Part shown: positions 1-13,900 of the stretch, in pieces
How the letters are laid out: each line of letters starts with the position of its first letter
Numbering within the stretch: the first letter of the stretch is position 1
NCBI GenBank assembly: GCA_023231475.1
Contig: JALJEE010001842.1
Location: 1 to 60,902 of the forward strand
Reading direction: 5' to 3'
Source: Seison nebaliae
Lineage: Eukaryota
DNA: 60,902 nucleotides
Notes under the pieces: generated by a model
The model's database searches: none
Seen by the model: the letters and a program-made list of their open reading frames with translations, nothing else
Told to the model about the DNA's origin: nothing
Program-made: the position numbers and the translations under genes

Positions 1-2
1 CT

Positions 3-346
3 CTTTCCTTCATTCCTACTGATAAAGTTGAACCCGAGTTAAAAAAAATTTATCATAACGCTCCGTTAACTTGGGATCCGATTTTTAATTATTTCCACCA
101 ACAATTCATTGGTTATCGGGATATTCGGAATAATTTGATAAACAATCATTTTCCCATTCATGTTTGGAACAATTTCGAAGCAATGCGGAAAAACAATTCC
201 GATTCTTGGACAACATCGAAGAAGTTGAAAAGAATAAAAATCCAAAAATGAAGAAAAAACTTACTGCTCGTTTGAAAAACTTAATTGACTCATTTGATAC
301 GATGGACTTTTCATCGTATTTCGAAGAAATAAAGAAAATTGTATGA
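3..346 (+). mobile_element. Decayed 3' end of a Mutator/MULE-like DDE transposase (frameshifted, internally deleted)
   Basis: The frame from nt 3 reads LSFIPTDKV...IFNYFHQQFIG...FPIHVWNNF, resembling the MULE C-terminal pattern LAFVP...YF...YIG...FP..WN. The RTNN..EG catalytic segment is missing. A second frame (to 346) gives a MULE-like tail, KKLTARLKNLIDSF...YFEEI. Subterminal repeats follow immediately. Confidence 0.6.
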
Positions 347-389
347 TCTATCTATAATATAGTAAATATCGCATTTTTAGAAGTCTGTC

Positions 390-467
390 TGGCTCCTTTG
401 TCCGTGGCTCTTTTGTCCATGGCTCTTTTGTGCCGTGGCTCTTTTGTCTCGTGGCTCTTATGTCCTT
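390..467. repeat. ~5 tandem copies of a 15-16 bp unit (TGGCTCTTTTGTCCG); probable transposon subterminal/TIR array
   Basis: Directly visible: tggctcctttgtccg tggctcttttgtcca tggctcttttgtgccg tggctcttttgtctcg tggctcttatgtccttc. Confidence 0.8.
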
Positions 468-3290
468 CATCGATTTCCTGCTAATCCACCGAGGCGAATT
501 CACTTTATTTTCTAAGGCGAATTCGCTCAACTTTATTATACTCCAAAAAGAAATTTTCCTTAACGTTTCATTACAGAATTCATCGTTTTGATAAATAGTT
601 GAGAAGAATACACCCAAGAATTTTAGGAAATGAATTTATTTCAAAATGAAATTTTTCAGAATGAATATCGATGTTCTTCACTCAAATATAATCACCAATG
701 GTCATGTGAGATGATGATACGTATATGTAGGAAAGTGGCGAACTTATTGAAGTGAATCAGACGAAATTGGGTTTAGAGACATATTTTCGTAGAAACAACT
801 GGAAATTAGAATGTGTGAATTTCTATAAAAAATTTCAGAAGAATTTTAATTGAAAGTGGATGGTGTTATGATATTTCTATTAAGGACCGAGAGTTGAAGT
901 TTAAATAAATAAATAAATTTTCGATTCATATTTATTCTTATCGGTCTCTGTCTTCGAGTGAAAACTCCTCATGGCAATTCCACCATCATCGAAAAATAGT
1001 GAATCACATATAAATGAAAGAAACTTCAAATTATTCAGTTGAGCGAAGCATTGATCGATTATAAAAATAAAAAAAATGTTAGTGAAGACAAATGGCGTAG
1101 AGAGAAAGAAGTCTCATAGAGAAGTATATTTTTGAAAACGTAAAAAATTTTGGTACATGTGACATGAAAGTCAAAGGTGACATAGAAGTTCAAACAACGA
1201 CGCGAACAAACGTTTCTTTTTAGTTTTCATTATAAGAATAATAGGAAGAATGGTGGAAGACTAACAGAATATAGAACAAATACTTTCTTCTTTTGAGAAG
1301 TCGAATGTCCTTCGGACATTCAATCAAAATCAAATTTATGTAGAAGTGTAAGGTAGTTAAAAAAGAAGGAAAGTTTGGATGAAATGACGAATTTAGGTTG
1401 AAAAGAAAGGGAAACATTTATTTCATTTTCTTCTTTAGCTTCTCCTTTACTCTCACACCCTTCACTAACTCACACACTCACAACACCATTACATTAAGTG
1501 TGGGAATTGATCGAATTATTTCTTTCCTTCTCCCCCTTAATGATTGGGAAAGGAATTGAAAGATTAGAAATTGAAATGATTTTCCATCTCTAATTCCATA
1601 AATCGTACAATAACAACAATAAGTTGTCGACTTAAAGAAATTAGTTGATAATATTCTGATGTTTCCAATTAAATATTAAGGAACGAATTCAACTTCTCCT
1701 GGTTATTGTTTTTCGTCACTGAATGAAAGAGATATACAATATTTGAGAAATGATTTATTCTTCAACTGAAAACGGAAGTTCTAAGACGACGAGATCTAGA
1801 AGGGGAACCTGAATACATTACTATCCTCCAACATCTACAGAGATGTTGTTGTACGACGCCGATTGTCTCTTCTCCTCCAACTAATATATATATATATATA
1901 TATGGAAAGGAAATAGGAACAATATTTTCTTTTGAATGGCGATTGGAATATCCTCATGTTTCATCAATCAGATACGAAAAGAAAAAGAGTAACATTGTTA
2001 GAAATTTATTGAGACTTTTAACGAGAAACGGCATCCTAATAATCGAATCGAGTTTGAATTCAAAACAATGCCAATCAATTCTGGCGTGAATCATATCATA
2101 CCTCACTTCCGACTTCTTTCCATTATGATGATGAGTTAATAAAAACTACCTTCTTTACGATCAACTGATTGTTTTATGTTCTCCAAATAAAATTGTCGAT
2201 CATCATCGACCGTTTTTATTATTGATAAGATTTTTCCCATTTTTTTCTTCTTCAATAAAAATTTAGAGGACTAGTCTTTTATTCATTGAAGACATTTCTC
2301 TCATCATAGAATCTATTTCTATACTATAGATGTATGGCAGAAACTTCCAATAACCACACAGTTTTTTGGGAAATTTACAAATTTTGCGGTTTTCCAAAGT
2401 TAAAAGATTTTTTGAAGTAGTTTTGATTACTTTCTCCATAGGAGAAGATCTAATCTAAATAGAACTTCCATCAACCTAATAACAATAATAATAATAATAA
2501 TTCCACAAAACTTATTTCTGAGAAAATTATGTAATAACTGGTAAACACAGCAGATATTATGTTCAAAGAAGAAAAATGACGGTTTTATTTTCGTCTTTTT
2601 CGCTAAATGACTGTATGGAGAAGAAATAAGAAAATGACGAGATGAATGTCGTGGAGCGAAATGTCTTTCATATCAAAAGACATTTCCACAAAAAATTAAG
2701 TTGTTTCTCTTGATATTCAAAATAATGATGTTGATGATAATGAGAAAATGAAAAAAGATATATCATTGTAGAAGAGGATATGAGGGAAACTGAGATTCTT
2801 CCTCGTAAAACGAAACTGATGATGATGACGACGACGACGACGTCTCAATATGAGAAAGAACATCAGTTTTTTTTAATGTTGACAATCGTCTTCTATTTGT
2901 ATCACGGACATCTTCTTCTAACGAATTCCTTTTCATTAGTTTTATTGAATTTCCATCTACTTGATGAATCAATGACGAAAAAATATTTCTTTTGTGGAAG
3001 GAAGGAAACTACTTTTCAATCCTTTAAACTTTTTTTTCCCACCAATTTCTTTCCTCTCATTCTAGGGACGAAAGGGAAATTGGACAAATGAACCAACATG
3101 CTAAAGAATCATATTGTGGTATGATGTTTTTAAGCATTCTAACAAAAATTTCTTTAATGTAATTTCTTATCTGTAAACTTTAGATATAAATATTTTAGTT
3201 TATTTCTATTTCTATCTTTTTTTTCGTTATCTGATCTCAGTTAACACGAATAATATTAATTACGTTATTGATTTATATTTCAAGTCGATT

Positions 3291-3352
3291 TTTACTTTTG
3301 TCTATGGCTTTTATGTTCGTGTCTCTCTTGTCTGTTAGTTCTTTTGTCCTTC
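3291..3352. repeat. Degenerate second copy of the same subterminal repeat array
   Basis: cttttgtctatggcttttatgttcgtgtctctcttgtctgttagttcttttgtccttc has the same period, the same orientation and the same gtccttc end as 390-467. Confidence 0.55.
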
Positions 3353-6300
3353 CTCCAATAAATAACCTAGCCACCTCCAACTAATTTAATGGTAAAAAGA
3401 AAGAACTTTCATAATACATAATTCGCTTATTATAAGAATTTCTTGAGTAATAACTCGTGTTCTTCGTAATAGTAGAACGAAAGTAAAATTTGTTTCGATC
3501 AAATCGATCATATCAAAATAGGAAATTTTTCTTTTTCTTACGGACACATCCGCCTATTGAGCTGCAGGTGAAGGAATTATTATTGTATTTCCGGTTCCAT
3601 TCGTACCACATTCTATTCCGGCTTTTCCGCTTATCAACTTTTCAAAGTGCGACAATGCAAAATTATTAAGACTGTTATTCCTCCCAGTTAATTGAGAGTA
3701 TAAAATTTATTGTTCTCCTCAATAAATTTGTCATTTTATAATTTTCTTTTAAGACATATGCAAATTTTTTACTAAAGTCACTTTTTCTCCTTTCTACTCA
3801 TATCAAAATTATGATTGAATGAAAATTCAGATGTTTCCTAATACAGAATTATCGTTTATTTTTGATTTCTTCAATAAATGTAAACAGTTTAATTATTGTA
3901 GTTAATATATTTTGGTTCGTAAATTTTTGTTGTTAAGAAGGTAATTAATATCCACGAGAAAAGTTGAGTAATAAAAATGGTTGTGAGAATAGGAACATGT
4001 CGACTGTTGTTGTTATTCGAATATTATTGCATTCGCATTCGAGACGGAATGCTCGTACAATAAAAAGAATTTTGTTGAAATGTGAGTTGGAATAAAAGGA
4101 AAATTTTATTGACATGTTATTCTTACTCGTTTTATTTCCTTTCTCTTCTTCCAAGAATTGAATTCATTCACTGAATGATTATCATATGTTCTGTCATCAA
4201 ATAAAATGGTTCGTGCTCATCTGTATCATTTGACTTCGAACTATCATCAGTCAGGAAACAGTTAATTTCCTTTCTTCACATTTGTCCTAACAATTCCTTT
4301 ACATCGTTTATTTTTATATTTATTCTTTTTGTCCAACATTCGATTTATCATTAGATGATATAAGAGTAATTATTATTAGCTCGGAGGGAGTGAATGACAT
4401 ACCAAAGAAAATATCCGATTAAACGGTGAAAGAAAATGGAAATTTTTGTCAAAAGAATCATGTCCATTTCACTTGACCTCTTGAATACATTTGTTGTCAT
4501 AGTAACGGAATTTTTCTTTACTGCATCTCCAAATTGGCAGTGACAGTAGCTGAAGAAGTTTATTAGAATCGTTTTGGAAGGAATATTATTTTTTCATTGT
4601 AATGAATAACTATTTATCGCATGTCATGAATAATTTTAATGATAAGATTGTTCGATGATAATTCAATTTGAGATATATCGTAATTATAAATTATCAATGT
4701 AAACTTAACAAGTTGTTAGAACTTGAAATTATTTTTCTTATGACGAATTATGATGATTAATTTCTCATTTTTCATATAAATAAATTTTCTCAACAGCCAG
4801 CAATTGTACAGATGTTTCTAACCAACCATCCACTTATTTTCACGCTCACTAACAATATTAATGTACAATTTTTATATACTCTCATCTGATAATTGCAAAT
4901 TAATAAAGGATTATTTCTCTCATTATTAACATATTTCAGTCACATATTTGAGTGGATGAAAATGTGGACAGGACAATTCTGGGAAGAAACTTCAAGATTT
5001 TATGTTAAAAAAGATACCAAGGAAATTATTGTGAAAAGTAACTCAAAATCAGTTTAAAAATATTCAAGTTAACGTCGAATTTCATATGATTTTATGATGA
5101 AGTTGATGAATATTCCAGGAAATAGAAAATTCTCGATTTTATAAGTTCTTTTATAATGGAATATTGTTTGTAATGGAATTAGTGGGTAGAGTGAGTGTCC
5201 TCAATCTATCAATCTTTTGCCCAGTTGACTAAATGTCTTTGGTGTTTACCGATAGTATAAATTAGTCTATATAAATCACAATCTGTCTTCAAGTACCACA
5301 TACATATGGTGAATGGAAGACGTCGCCCTTAGCACCACAAGGTGTTCTCCCACTTATAACTTTAGTCAGCTGAATGTTCATTTCGAAGAAAATATTCGAA
5401 CAATGTTAGCTCGTGAAAGTTTTATGGAAGACCTGTGAACGTTTATGCCTTCTTTTTACTTCTATTATTTCTTATTCTGTTTAACGATAAGAAGAAACTA
5501 TTGCATTTGTGTTGAGAAAATTGAATTATTTTTTTCAATATTCCATTCATATCATCCATCATTATTCTACTTTTTCTTATTTATTATATAATAAAATTAG
5601 GTAATTCAATTTAATAGTAATTAATTTATCTTTTCTAACCTTTATCAAAACTTATGTATCGATAGAAGACTGAGTTATTTTCTCGATTTGAATTATTGGT
5701 AATTGCAGGAATTCTTCTCTCATTTTTTATTTGTCATTCTCTTCAGAAACCTCATAGTTCGTTGAATGGTAGTTTTCCATTTCAACTGTTCATACACCAT
5801 ATTCATGTGGTCGAACACTTTTTAATTGTTTTCATTTGACGTATCATTCAATTGGGAAAATATCAGGAATTATATGGATTCATTCTCATATTATTACCTT
5901 TTTATCTACTTCAATTTCTCAGCATTGAATTTCTAGTGAATTTTACGTTTATTCTAGTTATCAATGAGAAGCATAAAGTCAAGTATTATGTAAACGTAAA
6001 TTTTTGGTAAGCAAATATTGTCGTCAGGACAAAACACTATTTTCTTCTTAAAACAATCGATAAAATAGCATATTAGAATTTTCATTCTGCTCCGGTATAA
6101 TTGTTAATTGTAGAAATAACATTTTCTTTTAGTCTAACCTGCTTCTCTCACCTGTATTTTATGCCGAAAAAGAAGATGTTTATCTGATTCTCTCGGCACG
6201 AAACCACATTTTTCTACAATGTTAATTTAATCCCTAAAAATTGCCTTTCTTTCCATTTTATCGATTTTAGGTGGAAAAAAGGACATTTTCTCCTAGATTC

Positions 6301-9300
6301 GAAACCACTATACACTAATTAATGTATCGATGTGATAGTAGACATCATAGAGAGAGGTATGTATAAGATACATATAATACGGCCATAACTGCTTATGTAT
6401 TGGTTAATGATAAATTCTTGTATCGTCTGTCACCACTCGTCTATTAGCTATGTTATCATTTTGTTGAGAATGTGTTATTATTATGGTTTCTATTCTTACA
6501 TTTCTATTCTCCCTCAGTCAACATTCATCACCATCGTCGTTATCACTATAGTTCGTTGTTATGTTTCAATATTCTCTTAATCTTTTCCTAATATGCCAGA
6601 CGAATTCTCTTGTTTATTCGAGTAAAATCAAATATTTATTATTCAAAACATTCATCTAGAAAATATGGTGAGGAGTTTCTCAATATCTATATCATCCATC
6701 CACCTATCTACCACTATCTGTAATATACTCATTCAATTATTAGTCGACTGAATTACGATGACAACGCCACACTTATATTTAGTCACTCTGATTTTTCTTA
6801 TTCGGACAATTCGTCACTGTCCAAACGGATTCAAACTCGATCTGCTTCACTTTTTTATCTAATCCTATGTTTGACTGTTCTGTGGTAAATCGGTTTATGA
6901 TAACAAAGAGTCTATCTCAATATTAAATGTTAAATGAAATAAATATTGCATTATCTGATGTGAATCTAAAAGAAATCTAACAGTGAACATAATTTACGTT
7001 TGAGTTGATAATATATTCTGATAAGATTCACCATCACATTCGCAAACGTTGATTATAGTGAATTGAGGAGTTGGTTAATTCTCAACAATGGACGTCTGAT
7101 GTGTATTCATGTGGTCCAATTCGTTAGTATTTCAAGTTGCTTACCATGAGAATGATATCATGAAAACTATAGAACTCAAACTCTTCCACTGTTTCTATTA
7201 TTGAAATATTGAATTCTACTAAAATATCTGATTGTCTCTGTGTCGATTCTGGACTCTACATTCTACTCGATATTCATTTCCTAATTTTAAATTTAAATAA
7301 TTAACCGGTTGTAATTATTATGGTTTGGAAGTTACAATCTCCAATAATAAAAAGTTATTACGTTAGCTCCCAGATTAGTATTAAGCATTACAAAATCGCC
7401 CAATTGATAATATAAAATTTTGGAGAATTCCTCCATTTACTAGTGTTAAATTCGTTAAATTGTTTGGGTGAGTTTATTTCATTGAATTTATTAATATAGA
7501 GATTCGAACTGTCCTTTCGAAAGGCGATGAACTGTCTGAATTAGTAAAACAAGTAAACTAAATAGAAGTGAGTGGCGAACTTCCCTCGTAACCAGTCGGT
7601 TCTCAATTTATTTTCCAATTCATAATCATCAAATTTTCAAAGAATCGCAATAATTCCTTTTGACAACAACAATTTTTTGTTATCGATGATGATCATGTGT
7701 CAAAGTTTCTTATTCTCATTCATTTTCATCAATTTCCTTTTTATCAAAACCTTCCTCCATATATTGTTTATTTGTCTGTTTGTAAATCATATAGTTTCTT
7801 CTCATCGTCAAACTGATATGTTCTAATCGATTTTTTATTTCTTCGAATTTCTCATTTGTTTCTCCTCCTAACAAAAGAAAGAGTGGTGTTCTTTCTATGT
7901 TACTTTTATTATATCCTTCTCCTTTTTCCTTCCTGTGTGACATTGTAGTATGTTAACAATAAAGTATTTATTACAAATCCTCTAAACAGATAAAAATTAT
8001 TTGTCGACTCAATAACGTTTGTGCTTTTCTTTTCTCATAAAAAATTTTCTAATAACATATTTCTCGATCAATATTTATCACAAAGTATTTTTCAATCGAT
8101 CAACTTCTAAATTTTCTCACCATCATTTTTTGGAATTCTTTTTCGACGAACAATTCGACGAATTGATTTGGCAAACGAAAATTTTGGAGAGTTCCTTCGT
8201 TTGGTTTGTGTTCTTGAGTAAGGGAAACATCATTTCGTTGATATTTCATGAAAATGAGTATAATACACATGTTAAGGTCAAATGTTAATAGAGATGTATA
8301 TTATGTCATAATTTCTATGATTGAATAATTTCATAAATTATTGATTAACCGAAAATATCAAGAGAAAATGGGAATGGTGAGAAGTAGAAATGAAATGTGT
8401 TAGATGAAATTTTTTAGTTTTATCCTAAATGATGACGATGAACTTATTGATTTGACATTTAATATTTATGAAAATTCCTTTTGTTTCATTTGGCCAATAA
8501 AAGTCAAATTTTTCTCTTTGCTCCATTTATGCACACGTATTAGGCATAACTCATTCAAAATCTTCTCTACTTCATAGAGAGGAGGACATGAGAATAATCT
8601 GACAAAAGAATGTTAAAAAAAGTCAGGAAAGAAAAGAATTTGATAAAAAATGGATGATCGATAAATTGTTTATGAAAATATCAATTTTATTTTTGGACTC
8701 GTTCTTTGAGGACTTTGAGCATTTTTCTGATCAGTCAGTTATTTATTCTTTTAAATAATTTAAATGAAATTTCTTTTTAATATAATTCCTTTCCAATTGA
8801 TAACAAAAATTTTTCACATCTCAATACAAACAGTCCGATAGTTTTTCTGTCCCAAATTCTCATATATTGTAGCCTAACCCTCCACTGTCTAGGACGTAAA
8901 ATATCTTATAAATTGGTTATTGATGGGAATAATACGTATATTAATGACTAGTAATCGAAGTTGATTCAATGTATCGATGATATTAAACGGAATGATTTAT
9001 GCTTTATATTTCATCATTTCCTGAGAGAAATGAAGTCGGTGACACGATCCTCAAACGGGACGACGATGGATATCGAATCTTTTTTTCGATAGAATCTCTT
9101 TGAGATTCTTCCTTTTTCTCTGTAGTGGCAAACGACAGAAAACTGAACTTAAGAACGTTAGAATAAACGATTAATGAAATAATTGAGTTTTACCTCACAC
9201 TACATTCGAAAGCGAAAATAATATTGTCTCTTATTATTCGTTATTACGTAAGGTAACATATCCATCCATATCCATAAGAGAAGATGATGATAATGTCCAA

Positions 9301-10974
9301 AATGATGATGACCAACAGACCACCGAATAAAGTTTATTTAAGGAAAGACAAAAAAATGAAAGAATGTGAGAATTGATGAGGAGATTAAGAGATATAATAT
9401 CCACAATTTAACAAATCATTCCTTTCTCTCACAGTTTCTTCTTCTATTTTATTCCGTCGATTTTTAAATGGATAAAAATGTTTTTTTCCTATTTAATTAG
9501 AGAATATTATCTAAATTTTGTCCGTCTTTATTTTCTTCCTAATATTCTAACTAAACAATTAAATTGTGTTAACATAATATTTTGTTTAAGACACGAAATG
9601 AAATATGTCGATGACTCGCTGATGACGATGAGAAGAACGATATGGAAAACAATTAATAAAAATAAATTAATTTTCGATGTGATATATTGTTAAATAAGTC
9701 GTTTTTTTTACGAGAAATATAATAATAAATATTTATCTCAATAATTTACATCGTGTCGATCAAACCTAATTTTAACGATTATTCAGTCAATTTCCCTATT
9801 CTAGTTCCATTCTAAATGAGAATTGGAGTCAGTTATTTCTTCGTTTCTATAATTATCTTCATTCTATTTATTGTTAAGTTCACATTAATTTTAACTTTAA
9901 TTCAGATTGGCAAGAGATGTGATCTCCACATCAATCACATTAACCTTTTTCTTATTGCCAATTTTTCCTGCAAATTTTTCAGGAGAACTTATTTCTTGAT
10001 AATTGTAAATGAACCGTTGTTTTTTCTTCGAGAGAGATATAAGAAATTAAAAGAAGAACAATTCATCATGATATGATGGATGGATGGATGCGACGATGAA
10101 AGAAATTCAATCACTTTTCTCAAGAGGAGAACTCATTCATATTTTACTCACATTTCTGTTTGGTGGAGTCGGCAGAATATATTGTCGTTGACCTGAAATC
10201 GTTTCTTGTCTTGTAATTCATGAAAAGTTTCCGACGAATAACTTTTTCTTCATTTGTCTTCAAATGTAATTGTATAAATTCAAATAAGTTGTGTTTGTGA
10301 TAATAATAATTATTTCTCGTTTTTCCATCTTCGGAAAAGTGATTTAATTTAAATTCAATTCTTCTCTCCGAATCATTTTTGTGAAGAATTCATTTTTCTT
10401 TAACGAAATTAAGAAGGTGATCGGTCGCTGTTCATCGGCCGCTCGTTAATATTGAAGTTTGTTGACCTTCAGTCAATATGTAAGTTGAGAGAGATAAGAT
10501 ATCGTTAAAGTTTGTTTATCTTTTCAAATTCTCCCTCCTCCCATCAATTTCAGACGACGGACGACTTATAATATTTTTCATAATTGAAAACTATTCATTC
10601 AATTCTTTTTTATGTCTCTAAATCTTCTTTAAATTTCTTTTTGCGTATTCCACTTCATAATGTCTTTCCCACAATTAATTTGTCATAATTTTAGAAAGTT
10701 TGTTGATATTCATGAAATTAAAAAATTTTCCAAATTATTATTATTTCACTAATTTTTATAATTTAATTTAATTGAATCTTTCAAATTTAGACACGATGTG
10801 AATAGAATGTATAAAGTATTTCCAACATATTAGTACATGAAAATAACGTGCGGAATATATAATGGAAAGTAAAATTGAAATATAAAAAGATAAAACTATT
10901 TTGAAAAGAATTTTAGTGAATATCTGCTGCCAATCGTTCAGTGCAGCAATATCAATGAATGTTAAATAAATATT

Positions 10975-13900
10975 ATGACGTCAGATGTTCAAACGAATTT
11001 GCAATTACAATATCTGCAACCGATAAAAGAAGATCTTATCGAATGGTTGGGAAATTTGTATCAAATTGAAATTTCACCGAAACATTTCTGTGATTCGTTC
11101 AGAAATGGAGTGTTGTTGTGCGAACATGCGAATAACATGATAATGGCTGGGAAGACGGCTTGTCAGCTCGAGATTATTGATCAAGAAGAATTGAAGAAAA
11201 TACCAACCAAACAACTTTATTATTATAAGATTGCTAAAGTTAATTCACCAGCCGCTGTACATAATCTCAAACAATTTTTCGAATTTATCAAACAACTCGA
11301 CATCAAATCCGGTTTAGATTTCCTTCAAACTGATAATTATAAATCATGCTTGGAAGAGAAGAATATTATTATGTGTCTTTTGGAATTAGCAAGAATTGGT
11401 GCTCGTTTTGGCGTACAAGTTCCCACTATTATCAAATTGGAAGAAGAAATTGAAAATGAATTGAGTAATGAGGTTGAAGAGAGAAATAAAGACATTCCTC
11501 CAAAAAATGATGACAATGCATTTTATTCATCAAATGAACAAAAACTTCTTCATTCAAATAATAAGAATTATAATTCTGATGATAATTCAAATGATAATAA
11601 TAATGATAATAATAATGATGATGATGATGATGATGATGTAACTTGTATTACAGGAATAACAACACCAACTTATGTGACAAATAATAAATATAATAATTTG
11701 ACACAACCACCAACTGGTAATCCATCGAGGAATGAACAACGAGTGAAATTGAGACATTCAAATAAATCGAACAATGAATTCTCATCGAGGAATAGTGTAA
11801 TGAGTTATGCATCTTCTGCATTTACATCTGTTACAAATGCTGATAAGATTAGTCGAAGGAATTCTAATATGATTTCCGACGATTGTTCCAACTACTCTCG
11901 TCAGAGTTCCAATCGATTGAAAGAAAAGTTTAACTATCAGTTATTTGAGCCGATCGATTACGATATCAAAAGTGAACCGTCCACATTGTCATCTTCATCT
12001 TCCTCTTGTTCATCAACGGAGACTTCTTCGTTCGTTTCATCACATCAAAATTCAACGAACGACGAAGGAAATGGTGAAGGAAATTCGAGAAGTAGTTCAA
12101 TCGATCCAACTCGAAGAAAAACGATGACTTATGAAATTAGCGGAAAACGATTGAGTTCTGGTTCATCTCTTAGCACGACACAGCGAACAGTATCAAAACG
12201 ATCAACGAAACGAAAGAGATTGGTGAAAGATGTGACGGAATTAGAAATGATTAGTCAGAACAATGATGTAATGGATAATAATGGAATTGATCAGAAATCG
12301 GCATATTATCAATTTATTACTGAAGATTCTGTAAATAATTCTTATCTTCACAATAAAGTTCCATCTTTTTCTCTTCCATTCTAACTGTTCTTTCTCTCTC
12401 TCTCTCTCTTACAGGTAATTAAACAACTGTCAGATTGTAAATGTAGTGAACCATTCATTCTTAAACGGATTAGCGAAGGACAATACAGTTTGAATGAACA
12501 AAAACGAATTTTCCATTTGCGTGTTAATATCATTTTCTGGTCATTAGATTTAAGGGTTGAATTTCATTTCAAAAAATGATTTTCCGATATTTCTCACTAA
12601 TTATAAATCGTTATCGATCATCAATTAATGTAATAATCGATGTGAATAATTATTTTATTAAACGGTTGTAAATGTAGATTTTAATCGTAGTAGTTTGTTA
12701 GGGGAATGAATAAGAATATTTAGAATTTGATGATTATGAATACTTCGATGAATATTTTACTTCCCTTCCAGACGTCAGTATTGTCAATAGTATAGAATTT
12801 GATCTTAATATTTCGAAGGAACGGTAGAAGTGAATAGTGAGAAGATAATAACATTTCTTTTATTGGGAAGTGTCAAATTCGGTCCGTGATTGTGTAGCCG
12901 ATGACGTATCGGCGAACATAAAAAATGACTCTGATTATTAAGAAGTGAATATTGAATGTCTGGAATCGGATGGAATTGTTATGGGTATGAGAAAGGAAAT
13001 TATTTGAGAAGTTCCAATAGGCGAATTGTTCGATTTCCATTATTGAGTACTTGCTATTCAACAGGAGTATGTTTTGTAACGTACGAACGTTAGATGAATT
13101 ATTATGGAGGGAAGAGAAAGAGAGAAAGAAGAAAATCGAAAAGTTATTTTAAACGAATTTTTATCTGTCAAAGAAGATTATTCTTTTGTCGTTCTTTTAC
13201 CATTCTTACCTTTTATTGGGAATATTCAAAAATACTTAACCAACAATAACAATAAAATGATGAAGATGATGATGATGATGTAGTATGAGAGAAATTGTTT
13301 AGTGTTTATATTTCAATTGAACTGAATTGTATTTATTTCATTCATGATGTGGAATGAGAATAATTAATTCATGTTGAAAGATTTCCTTATATATTATTAT
13401 TATTATTATTATTATTTCCTACTGATTCGTTCTGTTGGGATGACCACGTGAATTTGAATAAGTTTAAATGTCAGATTAGATGATTGAAGAGATTATATAT
13501 CATGAGTTCGATAAGTTAAATGAGAAAATAGTCTGTGTAATCGACTTGACGATTTGTCGACATGTTTCCGATGGAATAATTCCTGACATCATCATGTCAA
13601 TGAAATAATGTAAACTATTTGTGAACAGTAACATTGTCAGTCGTCATAACGTCAATATATTTCAATGAATGAAAATGACCATTTGATGATTTGGTTTGAT
13701 TAGAATTAGAGAGAAAGGAGAAGTTGAATGATGGAATAGGATTCGATTAGAAAAAAGGTGTGACTGAAATGGTGGTGATGTGGATGAATTGTAAATAGAA
13801 TGAAATGATAAATAAAAGAATTTCATTTCTGATTTTTCTCTTTTGTTTATAAATAGATCCTGAGACAACATGTCATGATTCGTGATGGCGTTCTCTGGGA

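Noticed and set aside
390..467. CRISPR-like array
   Set aside because: Head-to-tail tandem units without unique spacers, in a eukaryotic context with no cas genes.
1220..10076. Short Phe/Ile/Leu-rich ORFs of 60-103 aa in the gene-poor region
   Set aside because: Composition matches random AT-rich DNA; no motifs and no consistent exon chains found.
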